Notes: a model not told the origin generated them from the sequence alone. Numbered from the stretch's first letter, positions 8,196-19,500 are shown. The stretch: 64,000 nucleotides of DNA from Gemmatimonadaceae bacterium (GCA_051859245.1 JBHYGA010000005.1:256001-320000), one strand, 5' to 3'. Numbers and translations are program-made.

Positions 8196-10924
8196 GCGCG
8201 TTCGACGGTCTGCGCGCGCGACTGGCATTTCTCGTGTCGCGCAGGCACTCCGATACGCGCTTTAGCGAAGAGATCGAGTTCCATATTGACATGGAAACCG
8301 CGCGACTCGAGCGCGACGAAGGCCTGCCGCCCGCCGAAGCACGGCGCCGCGCACTCGTGGCGTTTGGAGGCGTGGAGCAGCACAAAGCAGTACTGCGCCA
8401 CGGGCGAGGACTGCGCTGGCTCGGCAGCCTCACGCTCGACCTCAAGCTCGGCGGTCGCATGCTCATGAAGTACCCGGGCATTACGCTCTTCGGCGGGCTC
8501 GCCTTTGCGTTTGCCATCTGGGTGGCCGCGGGCGCGTTCGAGTTTGCCGGACAGGTGCTCTTCCCGCGTCTTCCGCTCCCAATCGCCGACCGCGTCGTGG
8601 CCCTCGAAACGTGGGACGCGGCCGCAGGGCGTGCGGAGCCACGCGTGCTGCATGACTTCACGGACTGGCGCGCCCAGCTCACGTCGTTCGCCGAACTCGG
8701 TGCGTACCGGCTCGCGGAGCGCAACCTGATCACGAGTGACGGCGAGTCGCGTCCGGTGGAAGTGGCCGAGATCAGCGCCTCGGCGTTTCGCGTGGCGCCC
8801 GACCGCGCGCTGCTTGGCCGCACACTGCAAAACGCCGACGAGCAACTCGGCGCACCGGCGGTGGCCGTGATCGGGTACGACGTGTGGCAGAGCCGCTTCG
8901 CGGGCGACTCGAACGTGGTGGGTCGCACGGTGCAGCTCGGGCGCACGCCCACCACCGTGGTGGGTGTGATGCGCGAGGGGTACGCGTTCCCACGGTCGCA
9001 GAGTCTCTGGGTGCCATTACGCCTGAATCCGGTGAACTACCCGCGAGGCGAGGGGCCGAATCTCACACTGTTTGGTCGCCTTGCGACCGGCGTGGAGCTC
9101 GAGGAGGCGCAGACGGAGCTTACCGCGTGGGGGCGCCGCGCTGCGGCTGACTATCCGAACACGCACCAGCATCTGCGACCGCGCGTGATGCCGTACGCCG
9201 AGTCGGTCGCCATCATTTCAGGGGCGGAGCTGTTCCTCGCGCGGTCGAGTTATGGCTTTTTCATCATGCTGGTCGTGTTGGTGTGCGGGAATGTGGCGCT
9301 GCTCATGTTTGCACGGGCGGCCACGCGTGAGCGCGAGCTCGTGGTGCGACACGCGCTCGGTGCGAGCCGCGAGCGGATCATTGTGCAGCTCTTCGCCGAG
9401 GCGCTCGTGCTGTGCGGTATAGCGGCGGCGGTGGGGCTTGGCGTGGCCGGCTTTGGGGTGCGTCTGCTCGTGAACGCCATCGAATCGAACGCGGGGCAGC
9501 GGCTTCCGTTCTGGTTCCACGCCGACCTGTCGCCGTACACGGTGCTCTACGCTGTGGGTCTTACCGTGCTCGGCGCCGCCGTGGCCGGTGTGCTGCCGGG
9601 ACTCAAGGTGACACGCGGGTTGGAGACGCGACTGCGACAAGCGGGCGCGGGGGCAGGGGGACTCAAGTTCGGCGGGATCTGGACGGCGGTGATCGTGGCG
9701 CAGATTGCGGTCACGCTCGGCTTTCCGGTGGTCGCCTTCAACGTCGCGCGTGACGCGAGGGACACTCGCGACATGGTGGCCGATTTTCCGGCGGGCGAGT
9801 TCCTGTCGGCGCGCGTTTCGCTCGACCGGGAGTCTTCTCCGGGGGCGGACACGTCGTTTGCGGCGTATGTCGTTCGTCAGCAAACGACTCTGCGCGAGCT
9901 GGAGCGACGGTTGCTCGCGGAGCCGGGCGTGGTGGGCGTGACGCTGGCCGAGCGTCTGCCGAGAATGGATCACCCGCCGCACATGATTGAAGTGGATTCT
10001 GGAGGCGCGGCGCCAGAGCACCCGGGGTTTCCCGGCGGCTACCGCACGAGTTCTGCGGCCGTGAGCGCGGACTACTTTGACGTGCTGGGCTCACCGGTGC
10101 TCGCGGGACGTGCGTTCCACGCTGGCGATCTCGCTTTTGGTGGTGACTCTCTGGGCGTCCGCACGCGCGTGGTCATTGTGAACGAGTCGTTCGTGCGGCT
10201 CGTGCTCGGTGGACGCAACGCGGTTGGTCGGCACCTTCGCTATCGATACGGTGTGAAGCAGCCGCTCTCGGGCGCCTGGGAGCCGGGCCCGTGGCATGAG
10301 ATTGTGGGCGTTGTGCCTGACCTTGGATTGTCAAAGGCCACGGACCCAAAGGTCGCGGGTTTCTACCGTCCGCTCGCGCCGGACTTTGATGGGGCCTTGC
10401 ACGTGGCTGTGCACGTGCGTGGCGGCGATGCGGCCGCATTCGCTCCGCGGCTGCGCGCTGTTGCGATGGAGGTGGACCCTACGCTGCGTGTGGACGCCGT
10501 GGCGCGCATGGACGCCCTGAGTGACCCCGCGATCCAGTTCATGAACTTCTGGGTGCGGCTCGTGGCCGTGGTGAGCGCGGTGGCGATGCTGCTATCGATG
10601 GCGGGGATCTACGCGGTGATGTCGTTCACCGTGGCGCGTCGCACGCGCGAGATCGGCATTCGCGTAGCGCTCGGCGCGAGCCACCGGCATGTGGTGGCTG
10701 CGGTGTTCAAGCGTCCGCTGGCACAGGTGGGGATTGGCATTGTCGCCGGGGGCGTGTTGACGATGCTGCTCAGCGGTGGTGTTGAGGAGGCGACGCCGCG
10801 TGCACTGCTGGGGACGGTGGTGTATATGGTGCTGATGCTGGGGGTGTGTTTGCTGGCGTGTATTGTGCCGACGCGGCGGGCGTTGAATGTGCAGCCGACG
10901 GAGGCGTTGCGGGCGGAGGGGTAG
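8192..10924 (+). CDS. ADOP-type duplicated ABC permease (MacB/FtsX family)
   Basis: EEIEFHIDME N-terminus, two FtsX repeats (RERELVVRHALGASR, RTREIGIRVALGAS), coupled to padR. Confidence 0.92.
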   Translation: MSAFDGLRARLAFLVSRRHSDTRFSEEIEFHIDMETARLERDEGLPPAEARRRALVAFGGVEQHKAVLRHGRGLRWLGSLTLDLKLGGRMLMKYPGITLFGGLAFAFAIWVAAGAFEFAGQVLFPRLPLPIADRVVALETWDAAAGRAEPRVLHDFTDWRAQLTSFAELGAYRLAERNLITSDGESRPVEVAEISASAFRVAPDRALLGRTLQNADEQLGAPAVAVIGYDVWQSRFAGDSNVVGRTVQLGRTPTTVVGVMREGYAFPRSQSLWVPLRLNPVNYPRGEGPNLTLFGRLATGVELEEAQTELTAWGRRAAADYPNTHQHLRPRVMPYAESVAIISGAELFLARSSYGFFIMLVVLVCGNVALLMFARAATRERELVVRHALGASRERIIVQLFAEALVLCGIAAAVGLGVAGFGVRLLVNAIESNAGQRLPFWFHADLSPYTVLYAVGLTVLGAAVAGVLPGLKVTRGLETRLRQAGAGAGGLKFGGIWTAVIVAQIAVTLGFPVVAFNVARDARDTRDMVADFPAGEFLSARVSLDRESSPGADTSFAAYVVRQQTTLRELERRLLAEPGVVGVTLAERLPRMDHPPHMIEVDSGGAAPEHPGFPGGYRTSSAAVSADYFDVLGSPVLAGRAFHAGDLAFGGDSLGVRTRVVIVNESFVRLVLGGRNAVGRHLRYRYGVKQPLSGAWEPGPWHEIVGVVPDLGLSKATDPKVAGFYRPLAPDFDGALHVAVHVRGGDAAAFAPRLRAVAMEVDPTLRVDAVARMDALSDPAIQFMNFWVRLVAVVSAVAMLLSMAGIYAVMSFTVARRTREIGIRVALGASHRHVVAAVFKRPLAQVGIGIVAGGVLTMLLSGGVEEATPRALLGTVVYMVLMLGVCLLACIVPTRRALNVQPTEALRAEG

Positions 10925-10977
10925 GTGAGGGCACGCGGCGTGCCCCCACCGCAAACTGAAGTTCCGCCTCGCTACCT

Positions 10978-12078
10978 TCAGGCCGCCTGACACTGAATGC
11001 TTCGGCCGTTCATCGAGATGTTGACCGGGTAGCGAACACCCTGAATGACCTGATCGTTCATACCGAACAACACAAAGCGAGTCTCGTTGACTGACAGGTA
11101 CGCCGTTGTTGTACGCGTCTCGGTTTGCAGCGCGCCGTTAAATGTGAACCGATAGGTACCGGTGACACTGCAGAACGCACGAACGTTTCCGGTGTTTCTC
11201 AGGTACACCCGGTACTCGTTGCCCAATGAACCGGTAGATGAGTTGTAGTAGCCTTCAGCGACAAGCTCGTAGCGAACAACCGGCGTCGGCGGCGTCGGAG
11301 GCGTGGGCGTTGGCGGCGCGGGATTGTTTCCACCACCCTGTAGTTCGAGTGTTCTGCATTCACCGTCGCGCAACGTCAATGTGGATGGGCCCCATGAACC
11401 TCCGCGACTGTCCGTTGCCTGCACTGTGTGCGGCCCCGCTGGCAGCGTGAGCGTGACGGCATCAGGTGCGCCGCAACTTGGTGCAGAGGTGTAGAAGCGA
11501 TTGATCACGCCTCGAACAACATTGTTGACAGTCACCGTGATTGCACCGCAGTTCGCGCACGACGACCACACCATCAGCCGCGTGGGCGATGCGGGCGGTG
11601 TTGGTGGAGTCGGCGGCGGGGCAGGTGGCGCCGGCGGTTGTGGCGGTGGAGCTGTGGGCGGGGGTGAAGTCGGCGGAGGTGTGGTTCCCATTTCCACGAT
11701 TACGATGTTCACAGAACCCGCTGAGCTGGCCACCACGCGAAACGCTTTTGACGACTGCAGCGCGTAAGAGTCCCACCGACACCCAGCCGGAGATCCGCAG
11801 TTCCACAACTCAACGACCAGCGAAGCACCAGCCGTCAGCGTGATCGTCTGGCCAGACTGCAACGCGCCGCCTGGTCGAAGCGTGATGGCACCGGAAAAGT
11901 CGTTGCGTATCGACAGCGTCTGTTGTGTCGGAGGTGCCGTGGGTGGCGGTGGTGTGGGTGACGGCGTTGGCGCTGGGCCCGTCTCAACGGGACCAGGATC
12001 GCCTGCGCAGGATACCGTCACAGCGACAGCTGCACACGCGAGGAGCATCCGAAATGCACGCTGTGTCTTTGCCATCAT
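10978..12078 (-). CDS. Proline-rich lipoprotein, hypothetical
   Basis: RBS AAGAGG then MMAKTQ; lipobox VTVSC; three beta-rich domains separated by PTPP linkers. Confidence 0.7.
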   Translation of the reverse strand: MMAKTQRAFRMLLACAAVAVTVSCAGDPGPVETGPAPTPSPTPPPPTAPPTQQTLSIRNDFSGAITLRPGGALQSGQTITLTAGASLVVELWNCGSPAGCRWDSYALQSSKAFRVVASSAGSVNIVIVEMGTTPPPTSPPPTAPPPQPPAPPAPPPTPPTPPASPTRLMVWSSCANCGAITVTVNNVVRGVINRFYTSAPSCGAPDAVTLTLPAGPHTVQATDSRGGSWGPSTLTLRDGECRTLELQGGGNNPAPPTPTPPTPPTPVVRYELVAEGYYNSSTGSLGNEYRVYLRNTGNVRAFCSVTGTYRFTFNGALQTETRTTTAYLSVNETRFVLFGMNDQVIQGVRYPVNISMNGRSIQCQAA

Positions 12079-12163
12079 CGTAATCCTCTTGAGGTAAGAC
12101 GCGAGATCGTTATCGAGTTGCACAATCGACCAGCTACGCCTGCGTTGTCACTGCGATGGCGTG

Positions 12164-13513
12164 CTAATTCGCGATCTTCTTGATCACTTCACTCACAAAC
12201 GTTCCTGCGTCTACGCTCAGTGCGATGGTTGGTCCCCATCGCCGTCGCGATTTGGTGCCGCACGCATCTGCCAGTCCACTCGATTGACAGAGCGCTGGGT
12301 TCTCGAGCACCTCGATCTTCTCTACGCGAGCAAGAACGAGCACGTCGAGCGGAAAGCCGGACGGAAGCCCACTGATCCATTCGCCAACGGAGAAGCCAAC
12401 GTACTGCGTCGTTCTCGGCGCAACGATGTCGGCCGCAAGCGCAACAGAGAGTCCACCGGTGCTAGGAATCGGAATCATCGCGCCCACAAGCGCGCCTGTA
12501 CCGCTACGCAGCGTATCGATCGCCGCTGTTGCGGCGCTGTCGTACGAAACTTTTGAACCGTCGGCGAGCACGCGTTCAACACGAATCCCCGGTGCGGTCC
12601 CGTTTCGACGAGTGATGTAGCTTTCGTGAACGAAAGCGGCCGCTCCTAATACGAACTGCGGAAGTCGCCGAGCTTTCACCTCGTACGTAATGCGAGGATT
12701 GACAAATCGATATCCGGCCGCGCTGAGTCCGGTTGCGACGAGTTGCTGCTTACCAGGCTGCGTGCCGAGCCGCCAGTCGGTAGACACAAAACACCCCGTC
12801 GCGCCTGATGCCACCGAACTGGCGTCTCCGGAACCGTACACGAATCCAACTGCCGTGTCCGGGCTGATCACCGCACCCGCACTGCGCGATGAAAAAGCCA
12901 CTCGAATGCTTGAGCATAGCTTGCGGTCAATAACGGCCGAGCGGCTGTCTACGCCTCCGGTGTCAGAAAAAAACAACGGAGACATCTTCTCCGCGTCTAC
13001 GCTACGCTCGGCTCGAACTTGCAGAACGATCTCGCTTCCTGTCGCTGTTGCGTAGCGTTGTTTTGAGGGCGATTGCACCTTCTCCAAGACCAGCGCTTGA
13101 TCGCGCGGACTCAGTCGGATGTACAGCAGCGAAGAGCCGGTACCGATTGGCAAGTCGACTGCGATGCCGACGTCGGACGAGCTGCCTGTCCGATACCACG
13201 ATGTGCGAACCACGCCGTCTTCGTCCGAGTAGACGGTGTCGCGAGTTAGCGCGCCGGCGTTGGCCTTGAATACCACGCGTCTACCTACGAGCGGCCTTGA
13301 AGTGAATCGCAACTGGATATCGAAAAGCTGCACCTGGTCACCGCTCGCAAGCGTGCCCACGCACACGCCGGGAGCATCGTGTTTCAGTTTTCCCTGACAC
13401 GCGACCAACGAGGAGGGATCGACACTAGCGCTACTCTGGGCCTCTGCAGTAAGTGGAACAAGCGTAGCTACCCCGCAAAGCAAAGCTGCGTGCAGCCTCC
13501 GCGACGTCGGCAT
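12164..13513 (-). CDS. Secreted hypothetical protein with Ig-like segments and a beta-strand-rich C-terminus
   Basis: Signal peptide ending AEA|QS; WRLGTQPGKQQLVAT resembles an Ig/invasin-like segment; alternative start 13558. Confidence 0.65.
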   Translation of the reverse strand: MPTSRRLHAALLCGVATLVPLTAEAQSSASVDPSSLVACQGKLKHDAPGVCVGTLASGDQVQLFDIQLRFTSRPLVGRRVVFKANAGALTRDTVYSDEDGVVRTSWYRTGSSSDVGIAVDLPIGTGSSLLYIRLSPRDQALVLEKVQSPSKQRYATATGSEIVLQVRAERSVDAEKMSPLFFSDTGGVDSRSAVIDRKLCSSIRVAFSSRSAGAVISPDTAVGFVYGSGDASSVASGATGCFVSTDWRLGTQPGKQQLVATGLSAAGYRFVNPRITYEVKARRLPQFVLGAAAFVHESYITRRNGTAPGIRVERVLADGSKVSYDSAATAAIDTLRSGTGALVGAMIPIPSTGGLSVALAADIVAPRTTQYVGFSVGEWISGLPSGFPLDVLVLARVEKIEVLENPALCQSSGLADACGTKSRRRWGPTIALSVDAGTFVSEVIKKIAN

Positions 13514-13545
13514 GGAGACAAGTCGCTGCGCTTGACGGTGTAACG

Positions 13546-13944
13546 TCACCATGGCCACCGGTCCCCATTCCTCAGGTTGACGGCATTCGCTTGTACGGTG
13601 GACGAAGGCGTGGCAACGAATACGTTGGCCGCGGCGTGAACGCGCACTCCATTGAGCGGCAACCCACTGCCCCAGTAGTTTGCGAGATCCACGTTTTCAA
13701 TCACGACATCCCCGCCGATAGGCATCAGCGTCCAGTGAACAATTCCAGTGGGGCGCTTCGCGATGAAATCGAGATCAAGTATGCCGTCAGCTGGTGGCTG
13801 GATGTAAACCCATGCCGTGAGCTGTGGCTCTGTCCACCCGGATGAGTTGACGACGCCCACTGCGTGCACCGCGAGCGCAGGGGGACGGATTTTTAAGAGT
13901 GCCGTAGTTACTTCCTTCACTTCGGCAACGCGCACATAAGGCAT
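13546..13944 (-). CDS. Hypothetical protein (132 aa, beta-rich)
   Basis: Protein-like ORF (SSGWTEPQL..YIQPPADGILDLDFIA) with a GGAG RBS; first gene of the leftward unit. Confidence 0.75.
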   Translation of the reverse strand: MPYVRVAEVKEVTTALLKIRPPALAVHAVGVVNSSGWTEPQLTAWVYIQPPADGILDLDFIAKRPTGIVHWTLMPIGGDVVIENVDLANYWGSGLPLNGVRVHAAANVFVATPSSTVQANAVNLRNGDRWPW

Positions 13945-13983
13945 TTGACGACTCCAGATGGCGTGATTGATGCGATCCCCGTA

Positions 13984-14012
13984 TTGAGATGGACAAGACA
14001 GCGTTTTTTCTC
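13984..14012 (-). promoter_or_regulatory. Candidate ECF promoter, motif A (GAGAAAA-N10-TGTCCATCTCAA)
   Basis: Same boxes and spacing as 19764-19792; points to the 13944 operon. Confidence 0.6.
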
Positions 14013-14087
14013 AGCAATCACGCTTCCGCCAGTCCCAATCGGCGAATAGCTTCGCGCAGACGCTCTTCCTGATCCGCCCCGCCCGCC

Positions 14088-14858
14088 GTGTCCGACGAAG
14101 CGAAATTCCTCGAGCTGCTGCCAACGATCGACAGCCTGACCGCCGCGCTTTGCCGACGACGTGGGTTGGATCGTATCGAGGCTGAGGAGTTTGGGGCCGA
14201 TGTGCGCGCCCGATTTGTCGAGTCGGATTACGCGCCCATTCGCCAGTTCCGAGGCGAGAGTTCGGTTGCGACGTATCTCGCGGTCGTAATCTCCAGTTGG
14301 CTTCGTGACTATATCGTCGCGCGTGACGGCCGCTGGCGTCCATCGGCGGCGGCACTTCGCGCTGGGCCAGTGGCCGTGCATCTCGAACGACTGGTGCAGA
14401 GGTCGGGACGTACTCGCGAGCAAGCGATTGCCGAAGTGCTCTTGGCGGGCGACCAACCGTATTCTGAACGTGAGCTGCGTGCGATCGCACTCTCATTGCC
14501 GTCTCGCGAGCCCCTGCGCTTGCGCAGGGTTTCCGAAAGTGACCGTGAGTTCGAAGCGTCGCCTTCTTCGCTCGCCGATGCGGATGTCTCAAGCGGCGAG
14601 CGAGACCTGGAAATCGAACGGGCGAGTCGGGCGCTGAACTCAGCGCTCGAAACGCTCGAGACTGAAGACCGTTTGCTCGTGTCGATGCGATTTCTCGAAG
14701 GGCACAGCGTCGCCGATATTGCGCGCACGCTGACACTCGACCAGAAGCCCCTCTATCGACGACTGGAGCGCAGTCTGTCTGCGTTGCGGCGTCATCTTGA
14801 ATCGGTGGGTATTACACCAGACACCGTTCGCGACCTGGTCGGAGGGGCGGAATCATGA
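14088..14858 (+). CDS. ECF-type sigma-70 factor (CHAT-associated)
   Basis: Region 2 (EAEEF..QFRGESSVATYLAVV..LRDY) and region 4 HTH (DRLLVSMRFLEGHSVADIARTL..KPLYRRL). Confidence 0.88.
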   Translation: MSDEAKFLELLPTIDSLTAALCRRRGLDRIEAEEFGADVRARFVESDYAPIRQFRGESSVATYLAVVISSWLRDYIVARDGRWRPSAAALRAGPVAVHLERLVQRSGRTREQAIAEVLLAGDQPYSERELRAIALSLPSREPLRLRRVSESDREFEASPSSLADADVSSGERDLEIERASRALNSALETLETEDRLLVSMRFLEGHSVADIARTLTLDQKPLYRRLERSLSALRRHLESVGITPDTVRDLVGGAES

Positions 14859-14865
14859 GCGGGAC

Positions 14866-14894
14866 GCGAACTTGGGCGGCACTGTCCTTCTATA
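14866..14894 (+). promoter_or_regulatory. Degenerate copy of motif A (GCGAACT-N10-TGTCCTTCTATA) upstream of anti-sigma
   Basis: TGTCCnTCT at the same spacing as the other two copies. Confidence 0.45.
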
Positions 14895-14939
14895 CCTGTG
14901 TGCCAACGACGCTCAACGGTGTGCAGCGGTGGAGGCGAT

Positions 14940-15782
14940 GTGGCTGAGTCCCCGCTCAATGCTGAGCAAGTTGCGGCGTTTCTCGACGGCCGGTTGTCAG
15001 ACGCTGAGCGCGCGGTGGTGCTGGCGCAACTTGCGGAATCACCAGAGTGGCAAGACATCGTGGTCGATGCCGCTGCCGTTCGCGACACGAACGCTTTGAT
15101 CACGCCCGCGCGCGCTACGAGCGCGCCACGCTTTCGATTCAAGCGCGGTCTGCTGCTCGCGGCTGCGGCCGGCTTTGTAGTGTTCGTGACTCTCTGGAAC
15201 AAGGGCAGAGCAGGCGTGAACGGTGAATCACCGGCGGTCACGCCAACCAACGCGCTGGCACTCGCTGTTGCAGACGGAACACTCCGTGAGCTTTCGACAG
15301 ACAGATGGTCGGTGGTGCGCTCGGCTTCCAATGATGTTGACGAACTGGCGCGTGCAGTACGACTGGGCGCGCTGTCGGTTGATGCCGTGCTGGATCGCAC
15401 TGGCGCAGGCGCAGTCGCACGAGAAGAGATGCTCGTGTTGCTGCAGGAGCTCAACGCGTCTGCGGCGCGGCAGCTCGTTGCGTCAGCGCGTGACTCGGCT
15501 TCGTTCGACGTGGCGTTTGCGTCGGTACGCGCACTCGTGAATACGGATGCGTATGACGCGGGTGTATGGCTGGAGCTGCTACGCGCGGGCAGCGTCGCGG
15601 CTCGCGAGAACACCAACATGATTCAGGTATTGCAGAGCGTTGCACGAACCAAACAGCTGTCGCCGGAGCGCGCTACGGAACTGTCGGCGCGCATCCGGCG
15701 ACTTGAAGACGTTTTGCCTTCCGCCGAGCCTTCACGTGTACGTGAAGCCGCGACGGATGTTATGAAGATCCTGGCGTCGTAA
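14940..15782 (+). CDS. Putative anti-sigma factor (zf-HC2-like N-terminus, one TM)
   Basis: GGAGG RBS, GTG 14940; EQVAAFLDGRLSDAERAVVLAQLAESPEW (zinc ligands lost), TM LLLAAAAGFVVFVTLW; follows the ECF gene. Confidence 0.75.
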   Translation: MAESPLNAEQVAAFLDGRLSDAERAVVLAQLAESPEWQDIVVDAAAVRDTNALITPARATSAPRFRFKRGLLLAAAAGFVVFVTLWNKGRAGVNGESPAVTPTNALALAVADGTLRELSTDRWSVVRSASNDVDELARAVRLGALSVDAVLDRTGAGAVAREEMLVLLQELNASAARQLVASARDSASFDVAFASVRALVNTDAYDAGVWLELLRAGSVAARENTNMIQVLQSVARTKQLSPERATELSARIRRLEDVLPSAEPSRVREAATDVMKILAS

Positions 15783-15809
15783 ACGCGATCAGAAAACGAT
15801 TCATTGCTA

Positions 15810-16571
15810 TCAGTTGTCGGGACAGTCGATGCAGTAAGCAGAAGGGCAGAGGCGGTATGGGTTCTCATAGCCCGCGCCGCGGACAATATTCGCCATCGTG
15901 CAAACTTTCTTCAGATCTGGCCCGAAATAACGAGGAACAGCCACTTGCATGTCGCAGAGTGCAAGGAGGTCGTCTGTTTCCTCCAGGTGTTCCCCCGACT
16001 TGGTCTCGCCACAATCCGGCGCCTGATCCTTGTCGGTTAGATTTTCGATCGTGACAAAAATGTTCGACACGCTAGTGTCCAAGTTTATCGGTGCTCCGCC
16101 GCTGAATGTTCCCTTGTCATTCAGCTCCAGTGATGCTGCACCGGCCGCATTGAGTCGTATGCTCGTGCCGTAATCCAATTGGTAGGACTCACCGTTGAAG
16201 CTGACGGGTCCAATGTTTCGAGCGCTCTTTCGCTCCAGCACCTGCAGAGGCAATCGCAGGGATGCGAACACGTCGCGGGAAAGTGCAGGATTCGCCGAGC
16301 CCGCAGCAGACGAGGCTCTCGCGCGCACTTTCAACATCCAAGGTGGTACCTGTGAGTCTGGTGCTGCGCCAGCGGTAAGTCCCTTTGTGGTCAGCGTGAA
16401 GTCCTGGAGCGTCTGACGAACTGGGTCAACAGCTTTCCCGTGCGTGTCGATCGTCAGATACGGACGGTGCTGCTGATTCGACCCAACAGCCTTCGGAAAC
16501 AAAACATCCCAGTGTTCCTTCCTGCGAATCCAAAGCGACAATCCTTCCACAGAGATCGTAACCGTCGTCAC
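15810..16571 (-). CDS. Hypothetical protein downstream of CHAT protease, Cys-rich C-terminus
   Basis: AAGGAG RBS overlapping the CHAT stop, GTG at 16571; ends CPSAYCIDCPDN. Confidence 0.7.
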   Translation of the reverse strand: MTTVTISVEGLSLWIRRKEHWDVLFPKAVGSNQQHRPYLTIDTHGKAVDPVRQTLQDFTLTTKGLTAGAAPDSQVPPWMLKVRARASSAAGSANPALSRDVFASLRLPLQVLERKSARNIGPVSFNGESYQLDYGTSIRLNAAGAASLELNDKGTFSGGAPINLDTSVSNIFVTIENLTDKDQAPDCGETKSGEHLEETDDLLALCDMQVAVPRYFGPDLKKVCTMANIVRGAGYENPYRLCPSAYCIDCPDN

Positions 16572-16585
16572 CTGACCATCACTCC

Positions 16586-19500
16586 TTAGCTCCCCAAGAG
16601 CTGGAAGGCGGCCCACACACGGGGAGAACGTCGTGTGGGATCCTGTGAACGAAGTCCCGCGAGTTGCGCCTCGCGCAGGGCGTGCGCCGGCGTCGCGCCG
16701 CCGCGCAATGCAACGTGCAACTGTTCCATGATCGCGGCGGTCGCTTGATCGTCGATTGCCCACGACGCGCCAATGACATGCTTTGCACCGGCCTCTCGAA
16801 AGGCACTCGCCAACGACAACATGCCGCCGCCAAAACGCGAGGTATTGTTCGATGCCCCGGCGCGCACGCCGCCGCGGGTATCGCACGCGGCGAGCACAAC
16901 AAGTGCCGTGCGCGGGAACGACGCCGCGGCCACTTGCACGCCCGTGATTCGAGTATCGCCGTTCGCAGGCAACTCCAGATATGATCGTTCGGGGCGCTCC
17001 GGATGCAGCACTGCGTGACCCGCAAAGTGCACAATCTCGTAGGCGGGCATTCTTGCCAGTGTCTGTGTTGCACCCTGCGCGGCGTCGAGCGCTTCACTTT
17101 GATTATCCCACACCGCGCTCAATCGCTGTACTTCGCTCTGCGCTCCGGGAAGTGCGCGTGATCCGGAACGCGGTGCGGCATCGATAACCAGAACACGCGC
17201 ACGATTCAGGCGTGTCTCATTTGTCAGGCGCTGCCCGATGTCGTTTGTGAGCCAGATCGCGGCTCGCTCGATAAGGAACCGATCGGCACTGGCATCGAAC
17301 AGCGCGGCCCAGGATACGTCAGACAGATCGCCGCGCGCGTCGATTCGTATTGCGCGCACCGCTCGGCTGGATGTGGCGAGTGCCGGCGCAACTAGCGCCG
17401 TGAAGAGCGTGGAAAGTTGAGAGGTCTCCAGCGTTCTGATGGCGCTGTGGACAGTTCGTGCCGGAAGGTACGATCTATGTACGCTCCAGCCGCCGCCGTT
17501 TCGTGACCACACGAATACCGTGTCACCAAGGCGGCGTGCGGCGAGATCAAGCCGAGTGGTATCGCTGTCCCACGTGGGCAGCCGGGCCGCCATGAACGGC
17601 CTCGCCGAGAGCGCGTACAAGAGCGCCTCGGCGTCGCCTCGTTTGCGCAGCAGCTCCGCGGCAGCTTCGCCGGCCGACACGGCGCTCTCCGAGAGTCGAA
17701 CTCGTTCAGACAACGAAGTGTTTTCGCCGCTGCGTGCTTCGAGTGATCGCAGCAGCGAGTCGAGCACTCGCAGCGCGGTCACCGTGTCGCCTTCCTGCGC
17801 GATTGCGCGGGCCAGAGACAATCGGGGGCGCAACTGGCGCGCGCTATTGGTATCGCTGGCCATTAATGCGATCGAAGAGTCCAGAAGTGCTCGCGCACCA
17901 CGCTGGCGAGTGAGGAGTTGATACTCACCTTTGATCCACGATCGTTCTGCACGATAGAAGCGTTGGTCGGATTCCGCCAACTGCGCATGCACGACAGAGT
18001 CGAGCGAGCCAATTACGCGCCTAAGTCCGGCACTGTCCCGTTGACGCGAGCGAGAGTGCGCACGCAGCACAAGTTCCTGCGCGACAAGATCCGGACGTGC
18101 GAGCTGTTGCGCAACGTGCACCGCTTCTTGATGGAGGAGATCCGAGAGTGTGTGGTGGCCGTAGATCTCTGCCGTTTGTCGCAGCACGGACAACAGGCTC
18201 CAGCGCGACGCACCAAGTGGTACAACACTCCGCTCGAGTGCACGCTGCGTGTTCTGTTCGCTGCGCTCATCATCACCGACCAGCGTTGCAATGCTCGCCG
18301 CCATAGCATAGGCCGACAGCGCACATTCGTTGCGGCCGATTGCACCACAACGTTCGGCTTGTAGTTCAACGCGTTGCAGGCCACTCACTTGCTCACCAAG
18401 TGCCATGAGCGCCAGGCCTTCATTGAACGCCAGTCGTCCGCCGAGCACTGTGGTTGGCGAGCGTTGCCCGGCACCGAGCGCCCGGTATGCTCGCAGCGCT
18501 TCGCGCGATCGGCCGCTGGTTAATAGGTTGTTCGTTCGATACATCGCGGCCCACAGTCGCAGCTCGTCTGAAGCACGCGTAAGTGTGGCGACCGAATCAA
18601 ACATCGCGTCGGCGGTGAGTGCTCCGTGCACACGTGTCTTTCGTCGAGCCTGTGCGTACAGGTCCGCGGCGCGAACAAGCGAGCGCTGTCGTTCCGAGCC
18701 GGCGCGGGCTTGTGAGATCGACGAGATTGCGTGTCCAATGCTCGAATCCGCCAACTGCGATTGCAGGTTCTGATGAATGTGGAGTAGATCGCGGCGCAGC
18801 GTAGTCTCACGGAGGCTATCGCCGCTTGCGAACCGTTGCGCCCACTCGGGGAGCAGCTGTGTGGTCGCATAGTCCCACGCGGCGTCAGGCCATTGGCCAC
18901 TCAGGGCAATGGCGCGTTCGTCGGTGCCCAGAGGTGGGCTGTTATCAATGATCACCGGAAGTTTGCACTGCAGACGGGCGCATGACCTCTCACAGTGGTC
19001 GCGTGTACGTGCGATCTGCTGGCGTAGCGAAAGCCAGGCGAGGGAGACGATCGCGTTCCAGCAGGATAGACGGTCCGGGTTGTCGCGATTCACAAAAGTC
19101 GACGCGAGTTCCGCCGCCTGCAGGAGATCCGGCAGCCTGCGATTCACGCTGTATCGAAGCAGCAGTGTTGCGGCGAGGTCATTGCTGAACTGCGCTCGCG
19201 CCGGGGCAGCGAGGACAGCCTCAGTGAGCAGTGCAATCGCGCGGTCGACGCCCACAGAGTCCGCTGCAGCGACGAGTTGCACGAGCGCGAGTTGGTGAGC
19301 CGACTCTGGTGTCGGGCTGCTGGTATGCCTCGCGGCGAGCGAGCTTTCGATTGCGGCAAGTTCTTGCAGGTCGCTCGGCGCGGCGACACGTGTGGACGAC
19401 GTGCAAGACGGCTGTGGTGCTGCGAGGTATATCGTGTCGCAGGTGTGTCCGGGTAGCGCCGAGAGCGCGGCGGCGAATCGCCAGTTCTTCGCGAACGGTG

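Noticed and set aside
11270..11970. GGCGGT/GGTGG-type repeats
   Set aside because: They encode Pro/Thr linkers of the lipoprotein; not an independent repeat element
16572..16886. N-terminal extension of the 15810 ORF
   Set aside because: Overlaps the CHAT catalytic region; the RBS supports GTG at 16571
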